Positions 8,204 through 16,919 of a DNA stretch of 32,000 nucleotides are shown piece after piece. The stretch is taken from NCBI GenBank assembly GCA_046497275.1, contig JAWOFX010000084.1, forward strand, positions 1-32,000, read 5' to 3'. The position numbers and the translations under genes were made by a program. The DNA comes from Promethearchaeia archaeon. Its GTDB lineage: Archaea; Asgardarchaeota; Lokiarchaeia; Sigyniarchaeales; SOKP01. Under the pieces are notes generated by a model that was not told the origin of the DNA, did not search any database, and saw only the letters and a program-made list of their open reading frames with translations. Positions within the stretch are counted from its first letter, which is position 1; every line of letters begins with the position of its first letter.

Positions 8204-9376
8204 TTGCGTATTTTGACACAATTTTCTTTTCCCTTTGGACTTATTGGAGATGATTTGCTCTTAAAAAAAAATATTCAATTTAAAGTAGATGCGCAAGGAA
8301 GGATTTTAGATCTTATATATGAAGATTGTGGAGAAGTAGAAAGTGAATTTTTAAAAAAAAATCCAGTTCATATTATTCTTCCAGGATTAATCAATTCTCA
8401 TGTTCATATTGGCGATAGTTTTGCAAAAGAGATGGGATACGATAAAAATCTAATTGATGTGGTAGCCCCTCCTAACGGCGTTAAACATAAACTATTAGCC
8501 CATACCCCTTCTAACATAAAAAAAGTGGGAATACAAAAAGCAGCACAAGAAATGATTTCTAACGGGATTACATTTTTTTCAGATTTTAGAGAAAGAGGTT
8601 TAGAGGGAATAAATTTGATAAAAGAGGGCTTAGCTTCAACTCCGATTAAATCACAAATTTTAGGAAGATTTAGAGAGAAAAGTGAAATAGAATCAATCTT
8701 TCAGAATGCTGACGGGATTGGTCTTTCAAGCTATAAAAACATTACATCCCAATTAAAAGATATTTTAAAAACCTTCAAGAAAAAATATAATAAACTTATT
8801 GCTTGTCATCATGCAGAATACAAGAGAGATTCCTTATTATTCAATAACATCTTAAATGATAATATAATTGATGTTATTATACATGGAACTCAATTAAATG
8901 ATGAGGATTTGCTTAAATTAAAAGGTTCTGGGATTTCACTAATCTTATGTCCTCGTTGCAATGGATATTTTGGAGTGGGATTTCCACCCATAGAATCAAT
9001 TATTAGGAATAATATTTTAATTACAATAGGAACAGATAATATGATGGTGAATTCTCCTGATTTATTTGAGGAGATGAGATATTTATATTTGATATTCAAA
9101 GTTTTAAATAAAAGTCAGGATCTTTCACTAACAGCTAAAAGTTTATTGGAAATGATTACTGTTAATGCCGCAAGAATTTTAAATATTGAAAATATGATTG
9201 GGTCTATTAAAGAGGGTAAGCAAGCAGATTTTTTTACTATTAATTTAAATTCAAATAATTATTATTGCCATCAAATTAATTATCATAACATTTATCCCTT
9301 AATAGTCCAAAGAACAAAACCAGAGAATATTAGACAAGTGTATATAAATGGTGAGAAAATCTTTGAAAGAAAATAA
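8204..9376 (+). CDS. Metal-dependent amidohydrolase, deaminase type (COG0402-like)
   Basis: PGLINSHVH (HxH), CHHAE (HxxE), IIHG, LCPRCN, GTDN, GSIKEGKQADF. Confidence 0.88.
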   Translation: MRILTQFSFPFGLIGDDLLLKKNIQFKVDAQGRILDLIYEDCGEVESEFLKKNPVHIILPGLINSHVHIGDSFAKEMGYDKNLIDVVAPPNGVKHKLLAHTPSNIKKVGIQKAAQEMISNGITFFSDFRERGLEGINLIKEGLASTPIKSQILGRFREKSEIESIFQNADGIGLSSYKNITSQLKDILKTFKKKYNKLIACHHAEYKRDSLLFNNILNDNIIDVIIHGTQLNDEDLLKLKGSGISLILCPRCNGYFGVGFPPIESIIRNNILITIGTDNMMVNSPDLFEEMRYLYLIFKVLNKSQDLSLTAKSLLEMITVNAARILNIENMIGSIKEGKQADFFTINLNSNNYYCHQINYHNIYPLIVQRTKPENIRQVYINGEKIFERK

Positions 9377-10037
9377 GAAACCATATATCATATTAAGTGC
9401 CGCAATGACTATTGATGGAAAGATAGCATCTAAAATTGGCGATCCCGAATTATCGGATGAAGAAGATTGGAAAGAAGTCCATAAACTTAGAACAAAGGTC
9501 GATGCCATTATGGTGGGAAAAGGAACAATATTGAAAGATAACCCAAAATTGCATATTAAATATTATGATCATTCGGGATATTATCGGATCGTACTAGATA
9601 GTAATTTATCTATTCCATTAAGTTCAAAGGTAATAAATTTCAAACCAGAGATATATCCAACCCTTATATGCACCACAGAACATGTTCCAAATGGAAAAAT
9701 TAGAGAATATGAATCTAAAAATAATACAGAGATTATCACATGTGGATCTAATGAACAAGTGGATATATCAAAACTTATGCCTATTCTTTTGGAAAAAGGG
9801 ATTGAATCAATCTTGTTAGAGGGAGGAGCAACATTGAACTGGAGCTTTATAGAGCAAGATCTAGTTGATGAGATCAGACTTACTATTGCTCCTTGGATAG
9901 TTGGTGGAGTAAAAGCCACTAGCTTAGTCGAGGGGATGGGATTCGAACAAATGAAACAAGCTCCCAGATTTGAACTTACTGATCTTAAGCATAGAAATAA
10001 TTATGTAATTTTACAATACAAGCGAACCGAGAAATGA
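9348..10037 (+). CDS. arfC: 2,5-diamino-6-(ribosylamino)-4(3H)-pyrimidinone 5'-phosphate reductase (archaeal ArfC/Rib7 type)
   Basis: PYIILSAAMTIDGKIA, VHKLR..VDAIMVGKGT...DNP, LLEGG..LN. Reductase domain only, with no fused deaminase. Confidence 0.92.
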   Translation: MVRKSLKENKKPYIILSAAMTIDGKIASKIGDPELSDEEDWKEVHKLRTKVDAIMVGKGTILKDNPKLHIKYYDHSGYYRIVLDSNLSIPLSSKVINFKPEIYPTLICTTEHVPNGKIREYESKNNTEIITCGSNEQVDISKLMPILLEKGIESILLEGGATLNWSFIEQDLVDEIRLTIAPWIVGGVKATSLVEGMGFEQMKQAPRFELTDLKHRNNYVILQYKRTEK

Positions 10038-11158
10038 AAAAATTGCCTGATATTGACAAATTGCTGGCTTTAAGTATTTCAGAGATACAAGAGCAAGTTA
10101 AAAAAATTAAGTATAACCTGTCATCGGAAGAAAGGAAGATTATTACTTTTTCAAAAAATTATACACTTTCGTTATCAAATTATTGTCAGAATGAATGTGG
10201 ATATTGTTATTATAATTACAAAATCCCAAAAGAAAAGGAAGAAGAAAACGTCGTTTTATTATCCAAAGAGGAAATTGAGAATAAAACTGAAAGAGCATTG
10301 AAATATGGATGTAAAGAAGCATTGATTATGTCAGGAGAAAATCCAGGGATATTTCCAGAAGTTAAAAATTTACTAAATGATAATGGATTTGATAATTATT
10401 TAAATTATGTACAAAATATCTGTCATTATTTATTAAAAGTGAATATGCTTCCTCATACTAACATTGGTTTCCTAGACCTCAAAGAGATGAAATCTCTAAA
10501 AAAGTGTTCCTCTAGTATGGGATTAATGTTAGAAAGTTCTAGCGAAGAATTGTCTAAGAAGGGAAGGGTTCATGAAAAATCCCCCGGGAAATTACCATCT
10601 AAAAGAATAAAGCATATAAAAACAGCCGGTAAATTAAAAATACCCTTTACTACGGGTTTATTATTAGGAATTGGAGAAACTAGAAGAGACCGGATAAATG
10701 ATTTATTATTGATAAAAAATATAAATGATAGATATGGTCATATCCAAGAAGTAATTATTCAGAACTTTGTTAGGAAACCATATATTCAATATCAGCCCTC
10801 TAAAACAATTTCTATTAAAGAAATGCTTAGAGTGGTTGGGCTTGCGAAATTGATTTTTAAAAATAAAATTGCTGTTCAAGTACCTCCTAATTTAATTGCC
10901 GGTTATGAAAAACAATTTTTAAATATGGGAATTGATGATTTTGGAGGAATCTCCCCTTTCACCATTGATTATATTAATCCAGAAAATAGATGGCCAGAAA
11001 TTAAAAGATTAGAGACTATCTGTAAAAAAAATGGGTTTATTTTAAAAGAGAGATTACCAATTTATGAAAAATATATAGATAATGAATCGTTCTGTCCAGA
11101 AAATATACAAAAAATTATAAGAAATATTAGAGGAAATGTCGTTAAAAGAAGTTTGTGA
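10034..11158 (+). CDS. cofG: FO synthase subunit CofG (radical SAM)
   Basis: ITFSKN, CQNECGYC, PHTN.G, SMGLMLES, KSPGK, PFTTGLLLGIG, HIQEVIIQNF, QVPPNL, DDFGGISP...NPE..WP. ATGA overlap with arfC. Confidence 0.93.
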   Translation: MKKLPDIDKLLALSISEIQEQVKKIKYNLSSEERKIITFSKNYTLSLSNYCQNECGYCYYNYKIPKEKEEENVVLLSKEEIENKTERALKYGCKEALIMSGENPGIFPEVKNLLNDNGFDNYLNYVQNICHYLLKVNMLPHTNIGFLDLKEMKSLKKCSSSMGLMLESSSEELSKKGRVHEKSPGKLPSKRIKHIKTAGKLKIPFTTGLLLGIGETRRDRINDLLLIKNINDRYGHIQEVIIQNFVRKPYIQYQPSKTISIKEMLRVVGLAKLIFKNKIAVQVPPNLIAGYEKQFLNMGIDDFGGISPFTIDYINPENRWPEIKRLETICKKNGFILKERLPIYEKYIDNESFCPENIQKIIRNIRGNVVKRSL

Positions 11159-12269
11159 TAATATCGAGCTAGAAATTAAGAATATTCTTGAAAAAAGTCT
11201 TAATAATATTGATATCAGTGAATCAGAAGCTTTAAAGTTATTAAAAACAACTGGTAAAGAATTCCTAGCCTTACAATCTGCTGCGAATCAAATTTGTTTT
11301 AACAAGAAACGAGATATTGTAACTTTTGTTGTTAATAGAAATATAAATTTCACTAATATCTGTTATCAAAAATGCAAATTCTGTTCTTTTAGTGTGCCAA
11401 AAAATCATCCTGATTCTTTTTTATTATTTATAGATGAAGTAGAAAAAAAAGTATTAGAAGCAAGCGATTACAATATAACGGAAGTATGTATGCAAGGAGG
11501 AATAAATCCCGATTTAACGTTCGAATATTATTTAGATATTTTAAGAAAAGTAAAAGAGATTGATTCTAAGATACATATTCATGCGTTTTCTCCTCAAGAA
11601 ATTTTCTATATATCGCAATTATCTCAAAATTCAGTTGAAGACACATTAAAGGAACTTAAAAAGGCAGGTTTAGATTCTATACCGGGTACTGCAGCAGAGA
11701 TGTTAGTAGATAAAATTAGAGAAATCGTTTGTCCTAATAAAATTTCTACACAAAAATGGACTGAAATTGTAAAAACAGCTCATACTTTAGGAATTCCCTC
11801 TACTTCTACTATGATGTATGGACATATTGAATCATTAGAGGATCGAATTGAGCATTTAAGGGTTTTAAGAGAGATTCAAAAAGACACTATGGGATTTACG
11901 GAATTTGTACCATTACCCTTTGTTAAAGATAATCCCATTTTATCTCTACTACCCGAAAAACCCCTCAAACCGAGTTATGGGATGGCAGATTTAAAATTAT
12001 TTTCCGTCGCACGACTCTTTTTTAATAATTATATTGATAATATTCAATGCTCTTGGGTAAAGTTAGGACCAAAATTTGCCCAAGTTTCACTTAATTATGG
12101 AGTAAATGATTTTTCGGGTACGCTTTTAGAAGAAAATATCTCAAAAAGTGCGGGTGCAGAATTTGGGGAATATCTTTCTCCGGAGGAGATTGTTTCGATT
12201 ATCAAAGAGGCTGGTAAAAGACCAGCTCAAAGAACAACCACATATGATGAAATCCTTAAATATTATTGA
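11136..12269 (+). CDS. cofH: FO synthase subunit CofH (radical SAM)
   Basis: VVNRNINFTNICYQKCKFC, MQGG, HIHAFSP, PGTAAE, TMMYGHIE, FVPLPF, NIQCSWVKLG, GTLLEENIS. Follows cofG directly. Confidence 0.93.
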   Translation: MSLKEVCDNIELEIKNILEKSLNNIDISESEALKLLKTTGKEFLALQSAANQICFNKKRDIVTFVVNRNINFTNICYQKCKFCSFSVPKNHPDSFLLFIDEVEKKVLEASDYNITEVCMQGGINPDLTFEYYLDILRKVKEIDSKIHIHAFSPQEIFYISQLSQNSVEDTLKELKKAGLDSIPGTAAEMLVDKIREIVCPNKISTQKWTEIVKTAHTLGIPSTSTMMYGHIESLEDRIEHLRVLREIQKDTMGFTEFVPLPFVKDNPILSLLPEKPLKPSYGMADLKLFSVARLFFNNYIDNIQCSWVKLGPKFAQVSLNYGVNDFSGTLLEENISKSAGAEFGEYLSPEEIVSIIKEAGKRPAQRTTTYDEILKYY

Positions 12270-12316
12270 TAATTTTGATTAATAATTTCAATTAAAAACA
12301 GAATAAGGTGTAAATA

Positions 12317-12610
12317 ATTACAATAACAGTTATTGCAAGTGTCAAAGTAAAAGAAGGAAAGATGGATGAAGCTAAAGAGATGTTAAAGGAATTAGTTCCA
12401 AAAATAAAAAATGCTGAACCTGGAACACTAGAATATATCCCACATACAGTAAAGGGACGAAAAGATAAGAATACTATTATTTTTTATGAAAAATATAAAG
12501 ATGGTGAAGCTTTGCGAAAACATTCTGGAAATTTAGCCGAATCTTTAGGACCTCTTATGCCGTTATTAGAACCAGGTATGGACTTGAAAACATGTTTTGA
12601 AATAGTTTAA
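12317..12610 (+). CDS. Antibiotic-biosynthesis-monooxygenase (ABM) family protein; probable ATT start at 12317
   Basis: EPGTLEY...FYEKY.D.EAL..H is an ABM motif. The typical first strand (ITVIASVKVKEGK) lies upstream of the ORF-track ATG (12362), bounded by an in-frame TAA at 12311. Confidence 0.8.
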   Translation: MTITVIASVKVKEGKMDEAKEMLKELVPKIKNAEPGTLEYIPHTVKGRKDKNTIIFYEKYKDGEALRKHSGNLAESLGPLMPLLEPGMDLKTCFEIV

Positions 12611-12621
12611 AGCAGTTTAAA

Positions 12622-14193
12622 TTATTCGTCTTGAATATATGGTTTTCCAAAATCAAGACACATTTCTGCCTTTTTTAATTCTCTTCCCAAATAATTAATA
12701 TGAGAGAGATTTTTAGTTAATTCTAACTCTATTATTTTTTTTGACATTACTTCTGCATTCTGGCCACTAAAGACCTTGAGCAATTTATCATTATTAGAAT
12801 AAAATAAGACAAAAATTCTTTTTTTATAGTGATCTACATAGATTTTAAAGTAACCAGCTTGATCAGCTTTATAATGAGCGCGTGATCCTTTAATATCAAC
12901 TATGTTTTGAGTGGAAAAATCTGGGATTTCTTGAGATGTTTTTCCTTTCGCTTTAAAGATTTGAATTCCAACATTGATAGGTGGAGTATTTTTATATTTA
13001 GAGAGATAATTTAGCATCAAAGATCTCTTTAATTCTTTCACACCTCCAAACATTTTGGTACTATGCTCCACGGTAAACACTATGCCCATATCCATCTCAA
13101 TTGCTATGCTTGCTAATAATCCATTGATCCCAACTGAATCTACATCCATTAATTCAACAACATTAGAAATTCCAAAAAACATTGGCAATTCAAGATGGCG
13201 ATATTCTTCCTTAGATGCCTTTTGTTTATATAAATAATACGTTTGTAAAGAATTAAGAATTCCCGGAGAGATGGGTGTTTCTAATAAAGGATCTGCTATC
13301 AATTTAGTAAATCCATTGTTTTGCAATTTCTCGGTTAATTCAAATAAGTTTTCCACCCGTTTTTCAGGATCTTTTGGAAAATACCCTTCATCAATATTAG
13401 TTGGGAGAATTACGATAGGAATATCTTTTGGGATATCTAGGAATTCTTTATAATATCCGATATCAAAACTCAAAATCATATCGATCCCTTCCTCTAAAGC
13501 CGAGAAAATCTCTTTTGTATCCATTGAGTCGATACTAATGAGTGTATCAAAATTTTTCCGTAATAATTTAATGATTTCTTTTACTCTAGAGGGTTTAGAG
13601 TTGTTTGCAAGACATCCAATATCGATAATATCCGCACCAGAATCAATATAATGCTCTGCTTTTCTGAGTATAGATCTGTCTGATTTTTTTGTGCAATTTA
13701 CAATTTCTGCGATAATAGGAGGAGGGAGGCTCGGACCTATTATTACATCACTAATTTGTTTATTTAAAAAGAATGTATTATGAGAGATGTTTTTCTTTGC
13801 TTTGTCGATTTTCTCCCGCACTATTTCATTATACTTTTTCTCTCCAGATAACTCAAAAAGTTTATCAGCAGCAATTTGATTTGATAATTCAATTTCTCCG
13901 AGATTATTTAAAATCATTGGAAGATCTGAAGCAAATTCTGGTCCTTTTCGAATTGGTAAATTATATTTATTCTCTATTTTGCTTAAATCCCATTGGACAA
14001 ATCCGGGGAGAAGTATTAAATCATATTTGGTTAAATCTAAGGAGTTTAAGGCATCTTCAGCCATTTTTGGTGTAATAAAAGCGGAAATAGAAACAGGGAT
14101 TTTATTTACTTCAATTTTATGACCTTTGATATTTTCTGATATTCCCCTAAGAATTGAATAACTTTGCTTCCCAGTTAATATTAAGATTCTAAT
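12622..14193 (-). CDS. Dihydropteroate-synthase-like pterin-binding protein of methanopterin pathways, with C-terminal DUF4346-like domain; probable ATT start at 14193
   Basis: GADIIDIG, ISIDS, IADPLL, GISNVVELMDVDSVG.N and C-terminal D..GYF.I. The N-terminal RILILTG...SISAFITP segment is open in frame upstream of ATG 14064. Confidence 0.88.
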   Translation of the reverse strand: MRILILTGKQSYSILRGISENIKGHKIEVNKIPVSISAFITPKMAEDALNSLDLTKYDLILLPGFVQWDLSKIENKYNLPIRKGPEFASDLPMILNNLGEIELSNQIAADKLFELSGEKKYNEIVREKIDKAKKNISHNTFFLNKQISDVIIGPSLPPPIIAEIVNCTKKSDRSILRKAEHYIDSGADIIDIGCLANNSKPSRVKEIIKLLRKNFDTLISIDSMDTKEIFSALEEGIDMILSFDIGYYKEFLDIPKDIPIVILPTNIDEGYFPKDPEKRVENLFELTEKLQNNGFTKLIADPLLETPISPGILNSLQTYYLYKQKASKEEYRHLELPMFFGISNVVELMDVDSVGINGLLASIAIEMDMGIVFTVEHSTKMFGGVKELKRSLMLNYLSKYKNTPPINVGIQIFKAKGKTSQEIPDFSTQNIVDIKGSRAHYKADQAGYFKIYVDHYKKRIFVLFYSNNDKLLKVFSGQNAEVMSKKIIELELTKNLSHINYLGRELKKAEMCLDFGKPYIQDE

Positions 14194-15296
14194 TAGAGAT
14201 CACGATCTATTTTTCCTTTATCGAATGGAATATATATATTATCTAATATTGATCCCGATGCATCTCTTATTCTTAGATTATCAATAATATCTTTATATTT
14301 CCCTCCTAATAATCCATCGGCAATAAAAGCGGCACCTTGAGCTGCTCTTTTTGCTATCTGACTATAACTATTCATTAATCGAACAGGCGCTACTTCTTTA
14401 AGGGTTTGAATGACCTTGTTTCTTAGATAATTTATTTCAGCACCTCTTCCCGCTAACAAAATCTCTGTAATTTTATCTTTTTTTGAAAAAGAGGAAGAAA
14501 TTCCGAATACTGCTTTTTTAACACTTGATAAATAGGCATTAAAAGCTTTTTTTGTTTGATCATCCTTTTCAGCTAAAATTGTAATTTCTTTAAGACTCAG
14601 GTCGCTATACCCACTTATATAGGAAACCCCACCTTTATAGATATTTTTTTTCTTTATATTTTTGATCAAATACGCTAGTTCTCCATCCAGACTCCCACAA
14701 GCTCTAAAACCCATTATATTTGAACCCCCTATTCCATCGATAATTTGACCATTTTCTATTGCTAACACTGCTGTAAATCCATATCCAATTTCTACCATAA
14801 TAAAATTACTTTCTGGAGGAGGTATATCATATTGTTCTGTCTGGTCTTTTATTCCCGTGACTGCGGTACATAATTTATCTGCTGTACCCATATCAATTTT
14901 ATTGATTTTTCTATAGTCTGGAACAGTAAGTAAATGTTTCACACCTGGAACGATTACACCAGGGACACCCAAATCCTTAAGTAATCGTAAAATCTCTCCC
15001 AGTCCTAATAATTTATTTTTTTCCTCACTCTTAAACTTCAATAAGGTTAGGAATAAATCTTTCTCGGTTAAGTCTTCCACTTTCTTTAGGGGCAAACCAA
15101 ATCCGGAAGGTGCAACCATCAAATCGATTTTTTTTCGATCATCTAATGATTGGATAATATCAACGACTTTGGAGGGTTGTCTCATTATTTCTCTTGTAGA
15201 GATTGAAATATCCAATATAATATCATCTCCATCGAGACTAAGGAAATCCCAGCTTTTTGATCCCGGATCTATTCCTAAAACCGTTTTTTTATTCAT
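14193..15296 (-). CDS. DUF1464 family ASKHA-fold protein (COG2441, butyrate-kinase-like)
   Basis: GIDPGSKSWD, APSGFGLP, PGVKHL.TVP..RK.N.IDMGTADK, GSLDGELAY, AAQGAAFIADGL.GG. Confidence 0.85.
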   Translation of the reverse strand: MNKKTVLGIDPGSKSWDFLSLDGDDIILDISISTREIMRQPSKVVDIIQSLDDRKKIDLMVAPSGFGLPLKKVEDLTEKDLFLTLLKFKSEEKNKLLGLGEILRLLKDLGVPGVIVPGVKHLLTVPDYRKINKIDMGTADKLCTAVTGIKDQTEQYDIPPPESNFIMVEIGYGFTAVLAIENGQIIDGIGGSNIMGFRACGSLDGELAYLIKNIKKKNIYKGGVSYISGYSDLSLKEITILAEKDDQTKKAFNAYLSSVKKAVFGISSSFSKKDKITEILLAGRGAEINYLRNKVIQTLKEVAPVRLMNSYSQIAKRAAQGAAFIADGLLGGKYKDIIDNLRIRDASGSILDNIYIPFDKGKIDRDL

Positions 15297-15390
15297 TTTA
15301 AGCAAATTAAATGAATTTTTCTTGACTATTTACAATAATAATCAATTCATTATATTCTTATAATAAATTTTGAAAAAAATTAAAAGCCTT

Positions 15391-16389
15391 TTATTCAGAT
15401 TTATTGGTTCTCCCAATCGCTACAATCATTCCTTTATAATCGAAGATTTCATTATTTTTAAATCCACTTGCTTTTAAATCTTGTAGGATTTCCTCTTTTG
15501 AAAAAATTGAATTAGAAATTGAATCTTTATATATTTTTAGAATCTCATCAGCAGCTATATCCTTTGTTAAAGGGAAAGGTGCTTTCGCAACAATAATTAC
15601 CATACCATCATTTGGTCTTAATATTCTATACAATTCAGCAAGAATTTCAAGACGTTCCATTCCATAAAAATGAATTGTCTTTTTATAATTCGGAATAGCA
15701 ATCATTTCAATAAAATTATCTGGTTCCCTGATTTTTTTATTATAAACTTTAGAAATACGTACATCTTCGAGATCTGTTTTGGAATAATCTTCATAATTTT
15801 CTTTACTTGATAAAATGAATACCTCATCCGCAAGGTTTTTATACCAATTGACTAATCGGAGATGAATATATTCTGAAAACCATACGCCCATGAGGTTATC
15901 TAAATGGGTTTTTCCACTTTTTTCGATGATCAAATTAGTTAATCCCTCATCAAATTTTACGAAATCGGGAATAACCGTTGAATCCATGAAAAATTGCAGA
16001 AGTGTTTTAATAACATTCCGAGCAAGTGGGGTTGGTTCCACTGTCTCGATTCGTCCTTTATGATTAAGATTGAATTTAATTAAACCTCGAGACTCGAGAT
16101 TAGAAAGATTATTATAAAAACTTGAGGTGGAGAGATTTGCACCATTTTTCTCTTTCTTTTTAACATAAGTTAGTAAACGATTTTCATATTCCTTCAATCC
16201 TTTAGTTGATAAATTTTCCAACTCTGTTTTTCTTGTCTGAATTAATTCATTTACAATTACATAGAGTGTGTAGCGTACAATAGGTTTTCCATATTCAAGT
16301 AGAGAATTTAACGTAATAATTTCTACTAAAGAAAGGTTTATTAGATTCCCAATTCGCAACTTTTTTATTAAGGAAGTATCTTCAGAAAT
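15391..16389 (-). CDS. Winged-HTH (PadR/MarR-like) regulator fused to a degenerate SAM-methyltransferase-like domain; probable ATT start at 16389
   Basis: LSTSSFYNNLSNLESRGLI is a wHTH recognition helix. C-terminal ILAELYRILRPNDG...FSKEEI...L..SGF is typical of class I methyltransferase tails. Confidence 0.6.
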   Translation of the reverse strand: MSEDTSLIKKLRIGNLINLSLVEIITLNSLLEYGKPIVRYTLYVIVNELIQTRKTELENLSTKGLKEYENRLLTYVKKKEKNGANLSTSSFYNNLSNLESRGLIKFNLNHKGRIETVEPTPLARNVIKTLLQFFMDSTVIPDFVKFDEGLTNLIIEKSGKTHLDNLMGVWFSEYIHLRLVNWYKNLADEVFILSSKENYEDYSKTDLEDVRISKVYNKKIREPDNFIEMIAIPNYKKTIHFYGMERLEILAELYRILRPNDGMVIIVAKAPFPLTKDIAADEILKIYKDSISNSIFSKEEILQDLKASGFKNNEIFDYKGMIVAIGRTNKSE

Positions 16390-16754
16390 ATTGTTTCACC
16401 CAAACTGCAATCTATTTAATTAAAGTTATTTAGAAATTTAATTTAGTAATTTTTATCTTCTATATATCAATAATTAATGGTTAAAAGATATTTAAATCTT
16501 CTATTTTTTCAATTTTTCTTGTATAGTAATTCTTCGTGGAATTTCCAAAATTGAAAAGAGATATTATAAATAATGAAAAAATATTCCTTTTTTTATTCTT
16601 CAGATAATTAGATTTTAATAATTAAATAATTAATCTGCTTAAATTTGATTAATTTAATAAAAAATAAAACACTTAATTTCTTAGTTAGTATGGGTTATTT
16701 TAAGAAATTATTACTTTTCAATTCAAGACTGAAGATTTATATAAAAAGTAAGAG

Positions 16755-16880
16755 AATGCATTGAAACAATGTGCATTACCTGTGATCCCTTCTTCTGAGA
16801 TATTGTATGTAATTATTTTAATGGTGAACCCCGCTTATAAGGATAGTTAATTAATAAAACCATTTTGCGAGGTTTTTTAT
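16755..16880 (+). promoter_or_regulatory. Candidate structured 5' leader of the CSD-helicase gene
   Basis: Hairpin AATGCATTG-AAA-CAATG(TG)CATT (16755-16777). Hairpin AAAACC-N9-GGTTTT followed by a U-run (16856-16878). AATGGT (16820-16825) can pair alternatively with ACCATT (16859-16864). Confidence 0.25.
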
Positions 16881-16919
16881 GAGAAATTACCCATAAATTA
16901 AGAAATTTACATAAAATTT

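Noticed and set aside
16815-16870. Fluoride (crcB) or other known riboswitch in the helicase leader
   Set aside because: ATGGTG...AAC..CGC is superficially similar, but the P1 stem and the 3' GCUGAUGAC-type element are missing, and the gene context does not fit.
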